Assembly (NCBI GenBank): GCA_963662275.1
Contig: OY759316.1
Location: forward strand, 128,001 to 192,000
DNA length: 64,000 nt
DNA from: Candidatus Cloacimonadales bacterium
GTDB taxonomy: Bacteria > Cloacimonadota > Cloacimonadia > Cloacimonadales > DAONDQ01
Direction of reading: 5' to 3'
Both the position numbers and the translations under genes were made by a program. Each line of letters begins with the position of its first letter. The first letter of the stretch is position 1. Below are positions 51,879 to 60,193 of the stretch, one piece after another. The notes under the pieces were generated by a model, which was not told where the DNA came from, made no database searches, and saw only the letters and a list, made by a program, of their open reading frames with translations.

Positions 51879-53351
51879 TTAACGTCCGATATTTTCACAT
51901 TCGGCGCTTGTATCTTGTTGTACAAAATCTAACCACTCTACTTTATCTAAAATCAATCCTAATTGTAGAAGATAGGTTGCAAACTCCTGGTAACTCTCTA
52001 AATAATCAGGATATTTCTGAATCATCTTTCGAACTTCATATGAATAATTTACTGACCCATAGAAGGACTGATAAAGAAATTCTTTAATTTTGTTATACTC
52101 CGAAATTGAAATTCTTGAATTGTAAACAACAGGCATACTGACTGTATCAAAATCTTCCCAATTATTAGTTACCAGTAAGTTTTGATATGACACCCAGTCA
52201 TCAGTTCCAGGGAAAGGGGTAAAATAACTAATTTTGATTTCATTAGTATTTAATTTCTCAAGAAAAGTGGTCATAGTTTCTAAGAGATATTCAGGTGTTT
52301 CCCATGGAAATCCGATAATAAGGAAAACTTTTGTGATTATTCCCAGATCATTACACTTGCTGAATAGGCAATTCAGTTCGTCAAGACTGGCACTATCATT
52401 GTGTTTTAGTGTCTTACGCATTTTTATGTCAGCTGTTTCAACGCCAAAACCTATTTTACTACACCCCGCGGAAGCCATATCTTCAAGTAGAGTCATATCC
52501 AATGATGTTTTAGCCATGCAGAACCATCTTGCTTGTTCAGGAATTCCAGATTTCTGTAACTGTTCACATAGTTCATAAGTCCATTTTTTATCTTCTCCAA
52601 ATGCTTGATCTATGAATACTAACGAGTTGCAACCGGAATCAATAATAACTTTTTTAATCTCATTCACAGCAGAATAAGGTGTTCGAGTAATTAGTTGTGA
52701 ACCCCATACTAAATGAGAAGCACAAAATGAACAGTTGTTGTTACATCCTCGCGATAAGAGAAAAGACGCTGCCCCCGTCTGAATTGACGGTGATGGAAAC
52801 ATTAGTCCACGAAGTCTGCAGTTCTGTATATCCTTGACGCATCTCAATGGAGATGGTTGATTATCTAACAATTGGATTCTTTCCGCTCGAAGAACTTTTG
52901 ATTTTCTTGCAATTACAGATCTTGTTTCTTTGTTAGAAAGCTCATACATTATACTCAGAATAGCTTCCTCCCCTTCTCCAACAACAACATAATCGAACAA
53001 CTCAGTACCTGAATCTGCTGGTAGCGCGCTTACATGATAGCCTCCAACAATTAAAATAGACATTGGACTAATTCTACGAACTTGAGAAGCTAACGAGATA
53101 GCTTTGGGCCACTCAGATGTAGTTGCTGAAAAAAGAAGTATTCTTGGAGTATATTGTACTAAAAGCAATGCTTCCTCAGCTGTTACGGTTTTTAAAGAAA
53201 AATTCACCTTTTGTAAAACTGCTGCTATTATGTTATGAGTTAAAGTAGTTGGGTAATCATTAAGTAAATTTGGCATAATTGACTCAAGGTCAATCCAAAG
53301 CAAATCTTTCATTTCTAACTGCATTAAATTACTTGGTTTTATCTTGTCCAT
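51879..53351 (-). CDS. B12-binding radical SAM enzyme (class B methyltransferase-like)
   Basis: VGGYHVS and VVVGEGE (cobalamin-binding domain), SRGCNNNCSFC, GVET, IIGFPWET and TPFPGT. Confidence 0.9.
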   Translation of the reverse strand: MDKIKPSNLMQLEMKDLLWIDLESIMPNLLNDYPTTLTHNIIAAVLQKVNFSLKTVTAEEALLLVQYTPRILLFSATTSEWPKAISLASQVRRISPMSILIVGGYHVSALPADSGTELFDYVVVGEGEEAILSIMYELSNKETRSVIARKSKVLRAERIQLLDNQPSPLRCVKDIQNCRLRGLMFPSPSIQTGAASFLLSRGCNNNCSFCASHLVWGSQLITRTPYSAVNEIKKVIIDSGCNSLVFIDQAFGEDKKWTYELCEQLQKSGIPEQARWFCMAKTSLDMTLLEDMASAGCSKIGFGVETADIKMRKTLKHNDSASLDELNCLFSKCNDLGIITKVFLIIGFPWETPEYLLETMTTFLEKLNTNEIKISYFTPFPGTDDWVSYQNLLVTNNWEDFDTVSMPVVYNSRISISEYNKIKEFLYQSFYGSVNYSYEVRKMIQKYPDYLESYQEFATYLLQLGLILDKVEWLDFVQQDTSAECENIGR

Positions 53352-53444
53352 AATAGTGCATATTTCTGAAAATTTAGTTCATGAATACACCATAGAGAAA
53401 TACAAGAGTTTGAATGGGAATGAACTTTTCTTTCTCTCACTTGA

Positions 53445-54608
53445 TCACTCTATTGCATCAAATAAAAGTTGACTATCTGAATCCTTAGTAATTGTCACTC
53501 CACAAAATTCTATTGGTTTAGAATCAGATTGATTTTCAATTCTCTCCAAAAGGCTGGCAAGTTCCTCAGCAGACATGGTTTTGGTCTTCATGAAGCAATT
53601 ATCGAACAGTTTCAAGTATTTATGTTCTGGTTCGAGAATCAGAGTACATAATTTTTCTTCTCCATTAACTCTTACATCTGTAGAAGCTTCTGTGGGATCA
53701 TTCCATTTAATAACCGCTTTCTGGTCAAACATCTGATAATCAACGTTAGCTAAGCCACAAGAACAATATGCTTTGCACAGTGTTTTTTCATATGCAAATC
53801 TAGTAGATATACTATAATCACTCATTTTCATCGAAAACCTTAGAAAACATTTTAACGCCTGACGGTTATTAATACTGAAAAAATCGTTAAGTTTATTTTC
53901 TGCTATTATCACGAAACGCTTTTTCACTTCTGTAACATTAGCACTTAAAAATGCCTTGGCGTGAGGTGGAAAATCGTTAAAATCAAGTTGATCAGTAAGT
54001 GCACGTTTACGTTTTTCCGGAGATTCTTCAAATACATTCTCAAACCACTCTTTCGGAGTATATGGGCATGTCATATATATGGACTTATGTGTGAATGGTA
54101 ACAACTCATTAATTATCTCTGAATACTCTGTAGCACTGGTTACTATTTGAATTTTTGTGGGAGATAGAAAATCTTTGCTTAATTTATGCGAAATAAATAA
54201 AGGAACAATCCACTTAGTTTTTGTCGGGATATTTTCTGATAAACGAAGGAGACTCTCAAAATTACCTTCATCTGTATGGAATGCTACGTATGGAGATAGA
54301 CGATCAAGAGAGTTCATAATATGTGAAAAATATTTCTCTTTAAACTGTATGTCTATATCATTAATTAATTCCTTTGTTTGTTTTCTATCAATTATTCTTA
54401 TTAATCCTAGAATATTATCTGAAATAAGTGCACAGAGACTTATGATGATAAAGTTCCAAGTTCCTATTCCTAAGCATTTAGGAACTGTCTGATGAGCAAT
54501 AATAAGTCCAATGATTATTCCAACACCATATTTAGATATCCGATATAGAGTATTCCAAGTGTGAGTACTAGATTGGTTGTTTTTCTGTTTTCGCTTTTTA
54601 TTACTCAT
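53445..54608 (-). CDS. Membrane protein of unknown function (2 N-terminal TM helices + ~300-aa soluble domain)
   Basis: 387-aa ORF beginning 2 nt after the rSAM stop codon, with two hydrophobic segments at about residues 28-72. Confidence 0.75.
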   Translation of the reverse strand: MSNKKRKQKNNQSSTHTWNTLYRISKYGVGIIIGLIIAHQTVPKCLGIGTWNFIIISLCALISDNILGLIRIIDRKQTKELINDIDIQFKEKYFSHIMNSLDRLSPYVAFHTDEGNFESLLRLSENIPTKTKWIVPLFISHKLSKDFLSPTKIQIVTSATEYSEIINELLPFTHKSIYMTCPYTPKEWFENVFEESPEKRKRALTDQLDFNDFPPHAKAFLSANVTEVKKRFVIIAENKLNDFFSINNRQALKCFLRFSMKMSDYSISTRFAYEKTLCKAYCSCGLANVDYQMFDQKAVIKWNDPTEASTDVRVNGEEKLCTLILEPEHKYLKLFDNCFMKTKTMSAEELASLLERIENQSDSKPIEFCGVTITKDSDSQLLFDAIE

Positions 54609-54609
54609 A

Positions 54610-55752
54610 TCACCTCCATTCTTCTATATATTGAGTAACATCAAAATCACTCAGATCAACAAAGATGCATGATGTCTTTTGTCCATTTATGAATCTTTTA
54701 TGCATTGGTCCTCCATCGCAGTATGCCCATTCTGAACACTGAACACAATCACCTGTTTTTCGCCAAGATGCATCTCGGAAAATCTGATACCGGTTTTCCC
54801 AAACTTCATGAATATTGTCTGTGCGAAGATCTCCCTGTATAAAATCTCTTGATATGTTACTACATGATGCAAGTTTACCATCGAATAGAATGCCCAGGTT
54901 ATTCAATCCTGCAATACAGTGAAAAATAAAAGGTCGCACACGTCCTTCAAGTTCTGTACCAAGCCATCCACCACATCCAAGTTCTACCATTGTTGAAGAT
55001 GGATTCGAATAAGTTGAACAAGAATTATCATATTCCTTCTTAAGAAAATCAATCACTCTCAGTAATTGGTTTGGTTTAAGGAGGTGATCAGAATTCTCTT
55101 GCACACGTCCCATAAGATCAATAAACATTACACGAAAAACTCGAGGTTTTATCTCATCCTTGACAAATTTAAAAAACGATTCAAGTTCATTGATATTGCC
55201 TGAATGAGCAACGAACGAAACAGTTACAACATAGCCCGCTGCGACTGTAAGTTGTGCAGCATTAACTGCTTTTACCCATGTCCCTGGTATTCCCCTGAGG
55301 GTGTCATGAGATGATTCGAATCCATCAATACTGATGCCTAATCCAGTAACTCCGAGGTTTTTTAATTCTTTGAGGATAAATGGGTTTTCCGAAATAAAAA
55401 CTCCATTCGTCTGGATATCTATATTTCTATAATAAGGCCAGCGATTGATAGTTTGCAGGATTGTAAGTAGGTCGTTTCGAACAAAAGGCTCTCCGCCAGT
55501 GATATTTATATGCCGAAAATGGTTCATATCGAAATCTTGTGCGATTTCGTTAAAAGCTTCAATAATTTCATATTTCGTTAGTTCAGAAGCAATATCAACT
55601 TCTTCAGAAGGAGAACCACAATGCGAGCACATAAGGTTGCATCTTCGAGTAGCTTCCCAACTAATGATTTGGAGAGGATGCTCCTTCTTAAGGGTTTCTA
55701 TTCGAGATTTCCAATTTTCAAAGAGTGGTTTTAAAACCTCATAATCTGTCAT
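54610..55752 (-). CDS. Radical SAM/SPASM-domain enzyme
   Basis: CNLMCSHC, TGGEP, TNG and SIDG..SHD..RG. SPASM region C-x12-G-x4-C ... CVQCSEWAYC. Confidence 0.92.
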   Translation of the reverse strand: MTDYEVLKPLFENWKSRIETLKKEHPLQIISWEATRRCNLMCSHCGSPSEEVDIASELTKYEIIEAFNEIAQDFDMNHFRHINITGGEPFVRNDLLTILQTINRWPYYRNIDIQTNGVFISENPFILKELKNLGVTGLGISIDGFESSHDTLRGIPGTWVKAVNAAQLTVAAGYVVTVSFVAHSGNINELESFFKFVKDEIKPRVFRVMFIDLMGRVQENSDHLLKPNQLLRVIDFLKKEYDNSCSTYSNPSSTMVELGCGGWLGTELEGRVRPFIFHCIAGLNNLGILFDGKLASCSNISRDFIQGDLRTDNIHEVWENRYQIFRDASWRKTGDCVQCSEWAYCDGGPMHKRFINGQKTSCIFVDLSDFDVTQYIEEWR

Positions 55753-55928
55753 TATGCAAAAACTTGATCGAAATAATCGTTATTCTCATCATCAGGATGG
55801 CTTCCATACATGTTGTTGACGTATTCTACTGGATTCGACCACTTGAGCATTCTTCTTTTAAATTCGAGTACAGAATCTTTATTTTTTACGGCGGGTGCAT
55901 TGTTGTCCATCTGTGTAGTGTTTGACAT
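55752..55928 (-). CDS. Unannotated 58-aa peptide, putative radical-SAM substrate (RiPP precursor)
   Basis: AAGGAG RBS, then MSNTTQMDNNAPAVKNKDSVLEFKRRMLKWSNPVEYVNNMYGSHPDDENNDYFDQVFA*. The stop overlaps the rSAM start (TAATG) and the ORF fills the livK-rSAM gap. Confidence 0.78.
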   Translation of the reverse strand: MSNTTQMDNNAPAVKNKDSVLEFKRRMLKWSNPVEYVNNMYGSHPDDENNDYFDQVFA

Positions 55929-55940
55929 AAGATAATCTCC

Positions 55941-57062
55941 TTATTTTAAGTTAACAGGTTGACCATTAATAATAGTCTTTTTTGCAAATGATTCTGAAAA
56001 AAGATCTCCGTTTGGACGAAAAGCGATTTCGCCAGAAACGCCCTGAAAAGTAACTCCTAAAAGTGCAGAGCGAATCTTTTCAGTGTTGATTGAATTTGCA
56101 GTTTTCACAGCTTTGAAAATCGCCATAGAGGCATCGTAAGCATAGGCTCCAAGTACATCTGGTTCTTCACCATATTTGGTTTTGTATTTCTTAGCGAATT
56201 CGATGAAGCTTGCAGTTTTACTATCAGATGGCGCAGTATAAAAAACACCTTCCGCAGCTTTTCCAGCTATTGTGATAAACTCGGGGGAACCCCAGTTATC
56301 ACCCCCGAAAAGGGGTAAGTTAAGTCCAAGTTCTTTCATCTGTCTAACAAAGACTCCTCCTTCTTTAGGATAAGTTGGAGAGACAATGGCATCGATGTTT
56401 TTCATTCTTTTAAGTTTAGTTATAATTGTACGAAAATCTGTTGAATTTTCTTCCACTCCTTCAGCATGTACTACCTGACCTCCTAATGCTTCAAACTTGC
56501 TTTGAAATCCTTCAGAAAGTGGTTTACCCCAAGCGTTATTTGAAAATACAATCGCAACTCTCTTTTTCCCAATTCCGTATACCCATTTTGAGAGTACTTC
56601 AGCTTGTTGATCATCAGCGGGACAAGTTCGGAAGAAATACTCCCCACCTTGAGTAGATAACTCAGTAGATGATGCTATTGGAGAAATTAATATAACCTTG
56701 AATCTGCTTGCTAAAGGTGCTATAGCTAGACATACGCCACTACCTGCAGAGCCAAATACAACCGGAATTTTATCAATAGAAGCAAATTTTGTCATAATAC
56801 TGACAGCTTCTTTCTTATCATTACGGTCATCCTGAAAATCAACAACAACCTGTTTCCCAAGAAGACCTCCTTTTGCATTCTGGTCTTCCACAGCCATTTC
56901 AATTCCTCGTTTTGCTTTTTGACCATATGATGCTACTTCGCCAGTTAAAGGGAAGGTTGCACCGAAAGTGATCGTGTTTGTTGTTTTATGCCAGGGATGA
57001 AAAATAATTAGTCCAGCAACAATGACTAGCACTAAAATGATAGGCCAAATTGAATTTCTCAT
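55941..57062 (-). CDS. Periplasmic binding protein, LivK/LivJ (HAAT) type
   Basis: N-terminal anchor, PLTG..ASYG, GGLLG, FFRTCP.D..Q and AYAYDA motifs. Confidence 0.9.
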   Translation of the reverse strand: MRNSIWPIILVLVIVAGLIIFHPWHKTTNTITFGATFPLTGEVASYGQKAKRGIEMAVEDQNAKGGLLGKQVVVDFQDDRNDKKEAVSIMTKFASIDKIPVVFGSAGSGVCLAIAPLASRFKVILISPIASSTELSTQGGEYFFRTCPADDQQAEVLSKWVYGIGKKRVAIVFSNNAWGKPLSEGFQSKFEALGGQVVHAEGVEENSTDFRTIITKLKRMKNIDAIVSPTYPKEGGVFVRQMKELGLNLPLFGGDNWGSPEFITIAGKAAEGVFYTAPSDSKTASFIEFAKKYKTKYGEEPDVLGAYAYDASMAIFKAVKTANSINTEKIRSALLGVTFQGVSGEIAFRPNGDLFSESFAKKTIINGQPVNLK

Positions 57063-57239
57063 TAGAGTTCTCCTTTTTGAACATCAATGCAAAACATAAT
57101 TTCATTCTTATCACATCGATTTTTCATGTCAATTAGTTTTTATTATTGCTTGCATCCCCAAGTTATTTTTTAAAGGAAATACCGATTCGCGTCCTTTTGT
57201 GGGGCAATTGTAATTGGCAGAAAAGAGCATCAAACTCTC

Positions 57240-59137
57240 CTGGAGGTGTCCCGTAACTAGCATTAATCTATTTGCTTATTTTGTAAAATATATGATTGTT
57301 TTTAGATGTACACTAAATTACTCAATAGTTTCCGAAAAGCGATGCAAAGACAAGGAAAATGGAGTAATATTTACCTAATTCATGTTTGAATTCTGGTAGG
57401 AAGAGTCTTCATTAGGCTTTTCCTTCAGTATTTTGTAAGTGTAGAAACATTTTCCCTATATTATGTCCTAAAAAGAGGAGGTATAACTGTTCCTTGCATT
57501 TTCTCAATGAACGGACAGTAAATCTCTCAAACTTCCTGTTCCACTTCATGAAAGCAAATACAGCCTCCGGTTCGATGCCTCTTTGCTTTCTCAGCTTGTC
57601 GCCTTTTTCAGAAAGCAGATTATTGACGGTCTGACGTTTTAGGGGAGCTATATGAGGATCGTAGGTCAGCAATTTATGAGTTTTATCCTTGTAGGGAATA
57701 CACTTTTTATTGTGAGGACATTCTATGCAGTCATTACATATATAGGTTTTCACGATTCGTTTCGGACCGTTCTTCTCTGTCTCTTCTTCCTTGATTTTGA
57801 CCAGTCTCCGATTAAATTGACAGCCCCACTCATCATGCTCCTCATCATAGCTAAAGCCTGTCAGAAGAGAGTCCCGATAATCTCTCTTATAATCCTGGGT
57901 CTTGAGATAGCTTGTTATCTCTTTTTCAGCAGCATAATTCAAATTCAGCGCAGTGCCATAGGCAGCATCTCCAACAACGTCGGTAGGATATTGTCCCAAT
58001 TCATCATGCATTTGCTCCATGAGATTGGGAAATTCAACGGTTTCTTTAGGGATATTGAATAAGTGAATGCCTGTGACAAATTGCTCTGAAGTTCCGATAC
58101 TGGCAACATAACCCGGTGCCAGCTGTCCATTTTTCAATCGCATAAATGTGGCATCATTATCAGTCTTGGATGTGCTGCTGCGTCCTTCTCCAATTATCTC
58201 AAGCTGTTGCTCATATTTCTCCAGCTTAGTTATATCATTGCTCTTTGATTTGGAGATTTCGCGCAAAAGAGATTTGATTTTCTTGATAGCCCGAGTATCT
58301 GACGGATGATTTTTCTGTAGTCGGGACATTGCTTCTTTCAGCTTGTTTTCTGCTGAGACCAGTCTATCTCTGATCTGTTCAGATGCGACTGTAGCAGTTT
58401 TCTCTGATTCAACCGCATGCAATTGCTCACCAAGCTCAAGAAGATCAGCGGTTCCATATTGCTGTTGCTCTTCCTGATTATATTCCTCGATCTTTTTAAA
58501 CAATCCCTCAACTCGTGTCTTGACCAGTTCCTGATAACGAAGCGCATTGCTTTTCCAGATGTAGGAATTCTTGCCGGCATTTGCGTGAATCGTCGTCCCG
58601 TCAACAAAACAGGTGTCGAGATCAAGATATCCTAATGATGATGCTTTCAGTACTACCTGATAAAATACATCAATAAGAATATCAGAACACTTAGTCCAGG
58701 CAAAGGTGTTGATCGTTCTGAAATCAGGTTCCTGTTCTCCTGCCAGCCAGATAAAATTGATGTTCTCCCGAACAGCCTTAGCTATCTTCCGACAGGTATA
58801 AATACCATTGATATAGGCGTATACAATGATCTTCAACATCATCTTGGGATGATAAGCAGGTGTACCTTCATCAGAGTATCTTGAGTATAGCTCAGTTAAG
58901 TCCAGTTGCTCAATGATATCGTTAACATAACGAACCATATGTTTGGGGGGTATTTTTTCGCTTATATTAAGCCCGAAAAGAGTACCCTGATCCGGGTTGT
59001 GTTCTCTGAAATTCATAGTGTCTCTCTATACTTAGTTTTTAAAGGCAATAATACACCATAGAACAATATGTCAAGATATATAACTAATTATTTAATAGTT
59101 GCTATTTTTCTATCATTTAGTTTCGGGACATCTCCAG
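57240..59137 (-). mobile_element. IS1182-family insertion sequence
   Basis: Transposase bounded by ~20-bp inverted repeats ctggaggtgtcccgtaacta / tagtttcgggacatctccag. Exact ends are approximate. Confidence 0.85.
57412..59016 (-). CDS. IS1182-family DDE transposase
   Basis: G.PAYHPKMMLK, PDFRTI, VDGT.I.ANA, TDNDATFMR, GDAAY and R..EPEAVF motifs. Confidence 0.92.
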   Translation of the reverse strand: MNFREHNPDQGTLFGLNISEKIPPKHMVRYVNDIIEQLDLTELYSRYSDEGTPAYHPKMMLKIIVYAYINGIYTCRKIAKAVRENINFIWLAGEQEPDFRTINTFAWTKCSDILIDVFYQVVLKASSLGYLDLDTCFVDGTTIHANAGKNSYIWKSNALRYQELVKTRVEGLFKKIEEYNQEEQQQYGTADLLELGEQLHAVESEKTATVASEQIRDRLVSAENKLKEAMSRLQKNHPSDTRAIKKIKSLLREISKSKSNDITKLEKYEQQLEIIGEGRSSTSKTDNDATFMRLKNGQLAPGYVASIGTSEQFVTGIHLFNIPKETVEFPNLMEQMHDELGQYPTDVVGDAAYGTALNLNYAAEKEITSYLKTQDYKRDYRDSLLTGFSYDEEHDEWGCQFNRRLVKIKEEETEKNGPKRIVKTYICNDCIECPHNKKCIPYKDKTHKLLTYDPHIAPLKRQTVNNLLSEKGDKLRKQRGIEPEAVFAFMKWNRKFERFTVRSLRKCKEQLYLLFLGHNIGKMFLHLQNTEGKA

Positions 59138-59183
59138 TTTCTTTAACCAAAGGGAGGATTGCCAATCGGGAAGGGGGGTATTT

Positions 59184-59642
59184 TCACATCACATGATCCA
59201 GCATACTTGCTTCCTCAATTTCCACCAGCAATCCGTTTTGCATACTCTCTACAACTGATCTCATCGGATATTCATTCTGCACTATCTCTTCCCTGGTGAT
59301 AGTCGCCAGATCGATCTCAGGGTGCAGTTTCTTCAGTTTCCACAGCATACCGGTGAACAGGGCGGAGCCGGAAGCTGGTAGTTTATCGTTATTTTCTGGC
59401 AACGTGGAAAACAGCTTTGCATAGCAGGATAAATCCAACTTATACTCCGCTGAGAGTGTTTTGTACATCTTATGCAGATGTTTGGTGATTGTGCCAAAGA
59501 TGTGATGATGGGCTTTTATGGTCGGTTCGGGTAAGGTCTTGGCAATGACGACTTCCCCGTTTTTATAACTGCTGTAGTATAGTTCTTCCTTGCGGTTTGT
59601 TCCGCGGAAGGATTTTACTGCGTGTTTGAATGTAGTTTTCAT
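59184..59642 (-). CDS. Hypothetical 152-aa basic protein, paralogue of 38173..38631
   Basis: Same length and motif pattern as 38173..38631, with an AAGGAG RBS. Confidence 0.75.
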   Translation of the reverse strand: MKTTFKHAVKSFRGTNRKEELYYSSYKNGEVVIAKTLPEPTIKAHHHIFGTITKHLHKMYKTLSAEYKLDLSCYAKLFSTLPENNDKLPASGSALFTGMLWKLKKLHPEIDLATITREEIVQNEYPMRSVVESMQNGLLVEIEEASMLDHVM

Positions 59643-59658
59643 TTTAGTCTCCTTTTTT

Positions 59659-59829
59659 TAACCACGAAACACACTAAAAACACGAAAAGCAGAGCAGAGA
59701 AGATTAATTCTAAACTTGTAATCTTGTTTTAACGAAAGTCTAATGTATCTAAATATAATCTGATTTTCAATACTCAACAAAATACATAAAAATCTCTTCT
59801 TTCGTGTATTTCGTGTGTTTCGTGGTTTA
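59659..59829. repeat. MITE-like element with ~30-bp imperfect terminal inverted repeats
   Basis: aaccacgaaacacactaaaaacacgaaaag ... ctttcgtgtatttcgtgtgtttcgtggttt. Confidence 0.75.
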
Positions 59830-59842
59830 ATTCTATCTTCTC

Positions 59843-59930
59843 TTCGAACTTCGAACTTCGTACTTCGCACTTTCTATTTGAGCTGGGTTTCATCTAGGCA
59901 TCATCTAGGGATCATCTAGGGATCATCTAG
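59843..59930. repeat. Heptamer (cttcg[atc]a) tandem run followed by 11-bp catctagggat repeats
   Basis: cttcgaacttcgaacttcgtacttcgcac; catctaggcat catctagggat catctagggat catctag. Heptamer runs also occur near 16940, 24140 and 38816. Confidence 0.75.
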
Positions 59931-60193
59931 ACTTTTTTAGATTTTCCTCAGGTTTTCCTTAGTTTTTGTTTCTTTTCTGTTTTCTTCATATTCCATTAGA
60001 GCTATAATTGGCTTTCACATATGACGTCTCCTCGATACAATTGGATAAATCCAATCACTCGGAGAACTCTTCTTTCTGTTCTGAACCTGTCGGCTGTTGC
60101 CTGTAAACTGTCAGCTTCTGCAAATTTGTTGTTGGGTTTGAAACCCAATAACTCTGGAAACCCCGAGGTTTCAAACCATCGGGGAAAACATGA

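Noticed and set aside
55725..55925. 66-aa plus-strand ORF in the livK-rSAM gap
   Set aside because: It is antisense to the operon with no RBS. The minus-strand 58-aa ORF has an RBS and translational coupling.
48635..57062. Canonical PQQ, mycofactocin or ranthipeptide cluster, or an ordinary liv operon
   Set aside because: There are no pqqB/C/D or mftB/D/E homologues, the peptide has no Cys, and four extra genes interrupt the transporter.
37080..59642. Prophage or ICE
   Set aside because: No integrase, structural, relaxase or conjugation genes, and no att-like direct repeat was recognised.
59658..59870. 70-aa ORF (MRSTKFEVRR...)
   Set aside because: It is a translation of the heptamer and inverted repeats and is not a credible protein.
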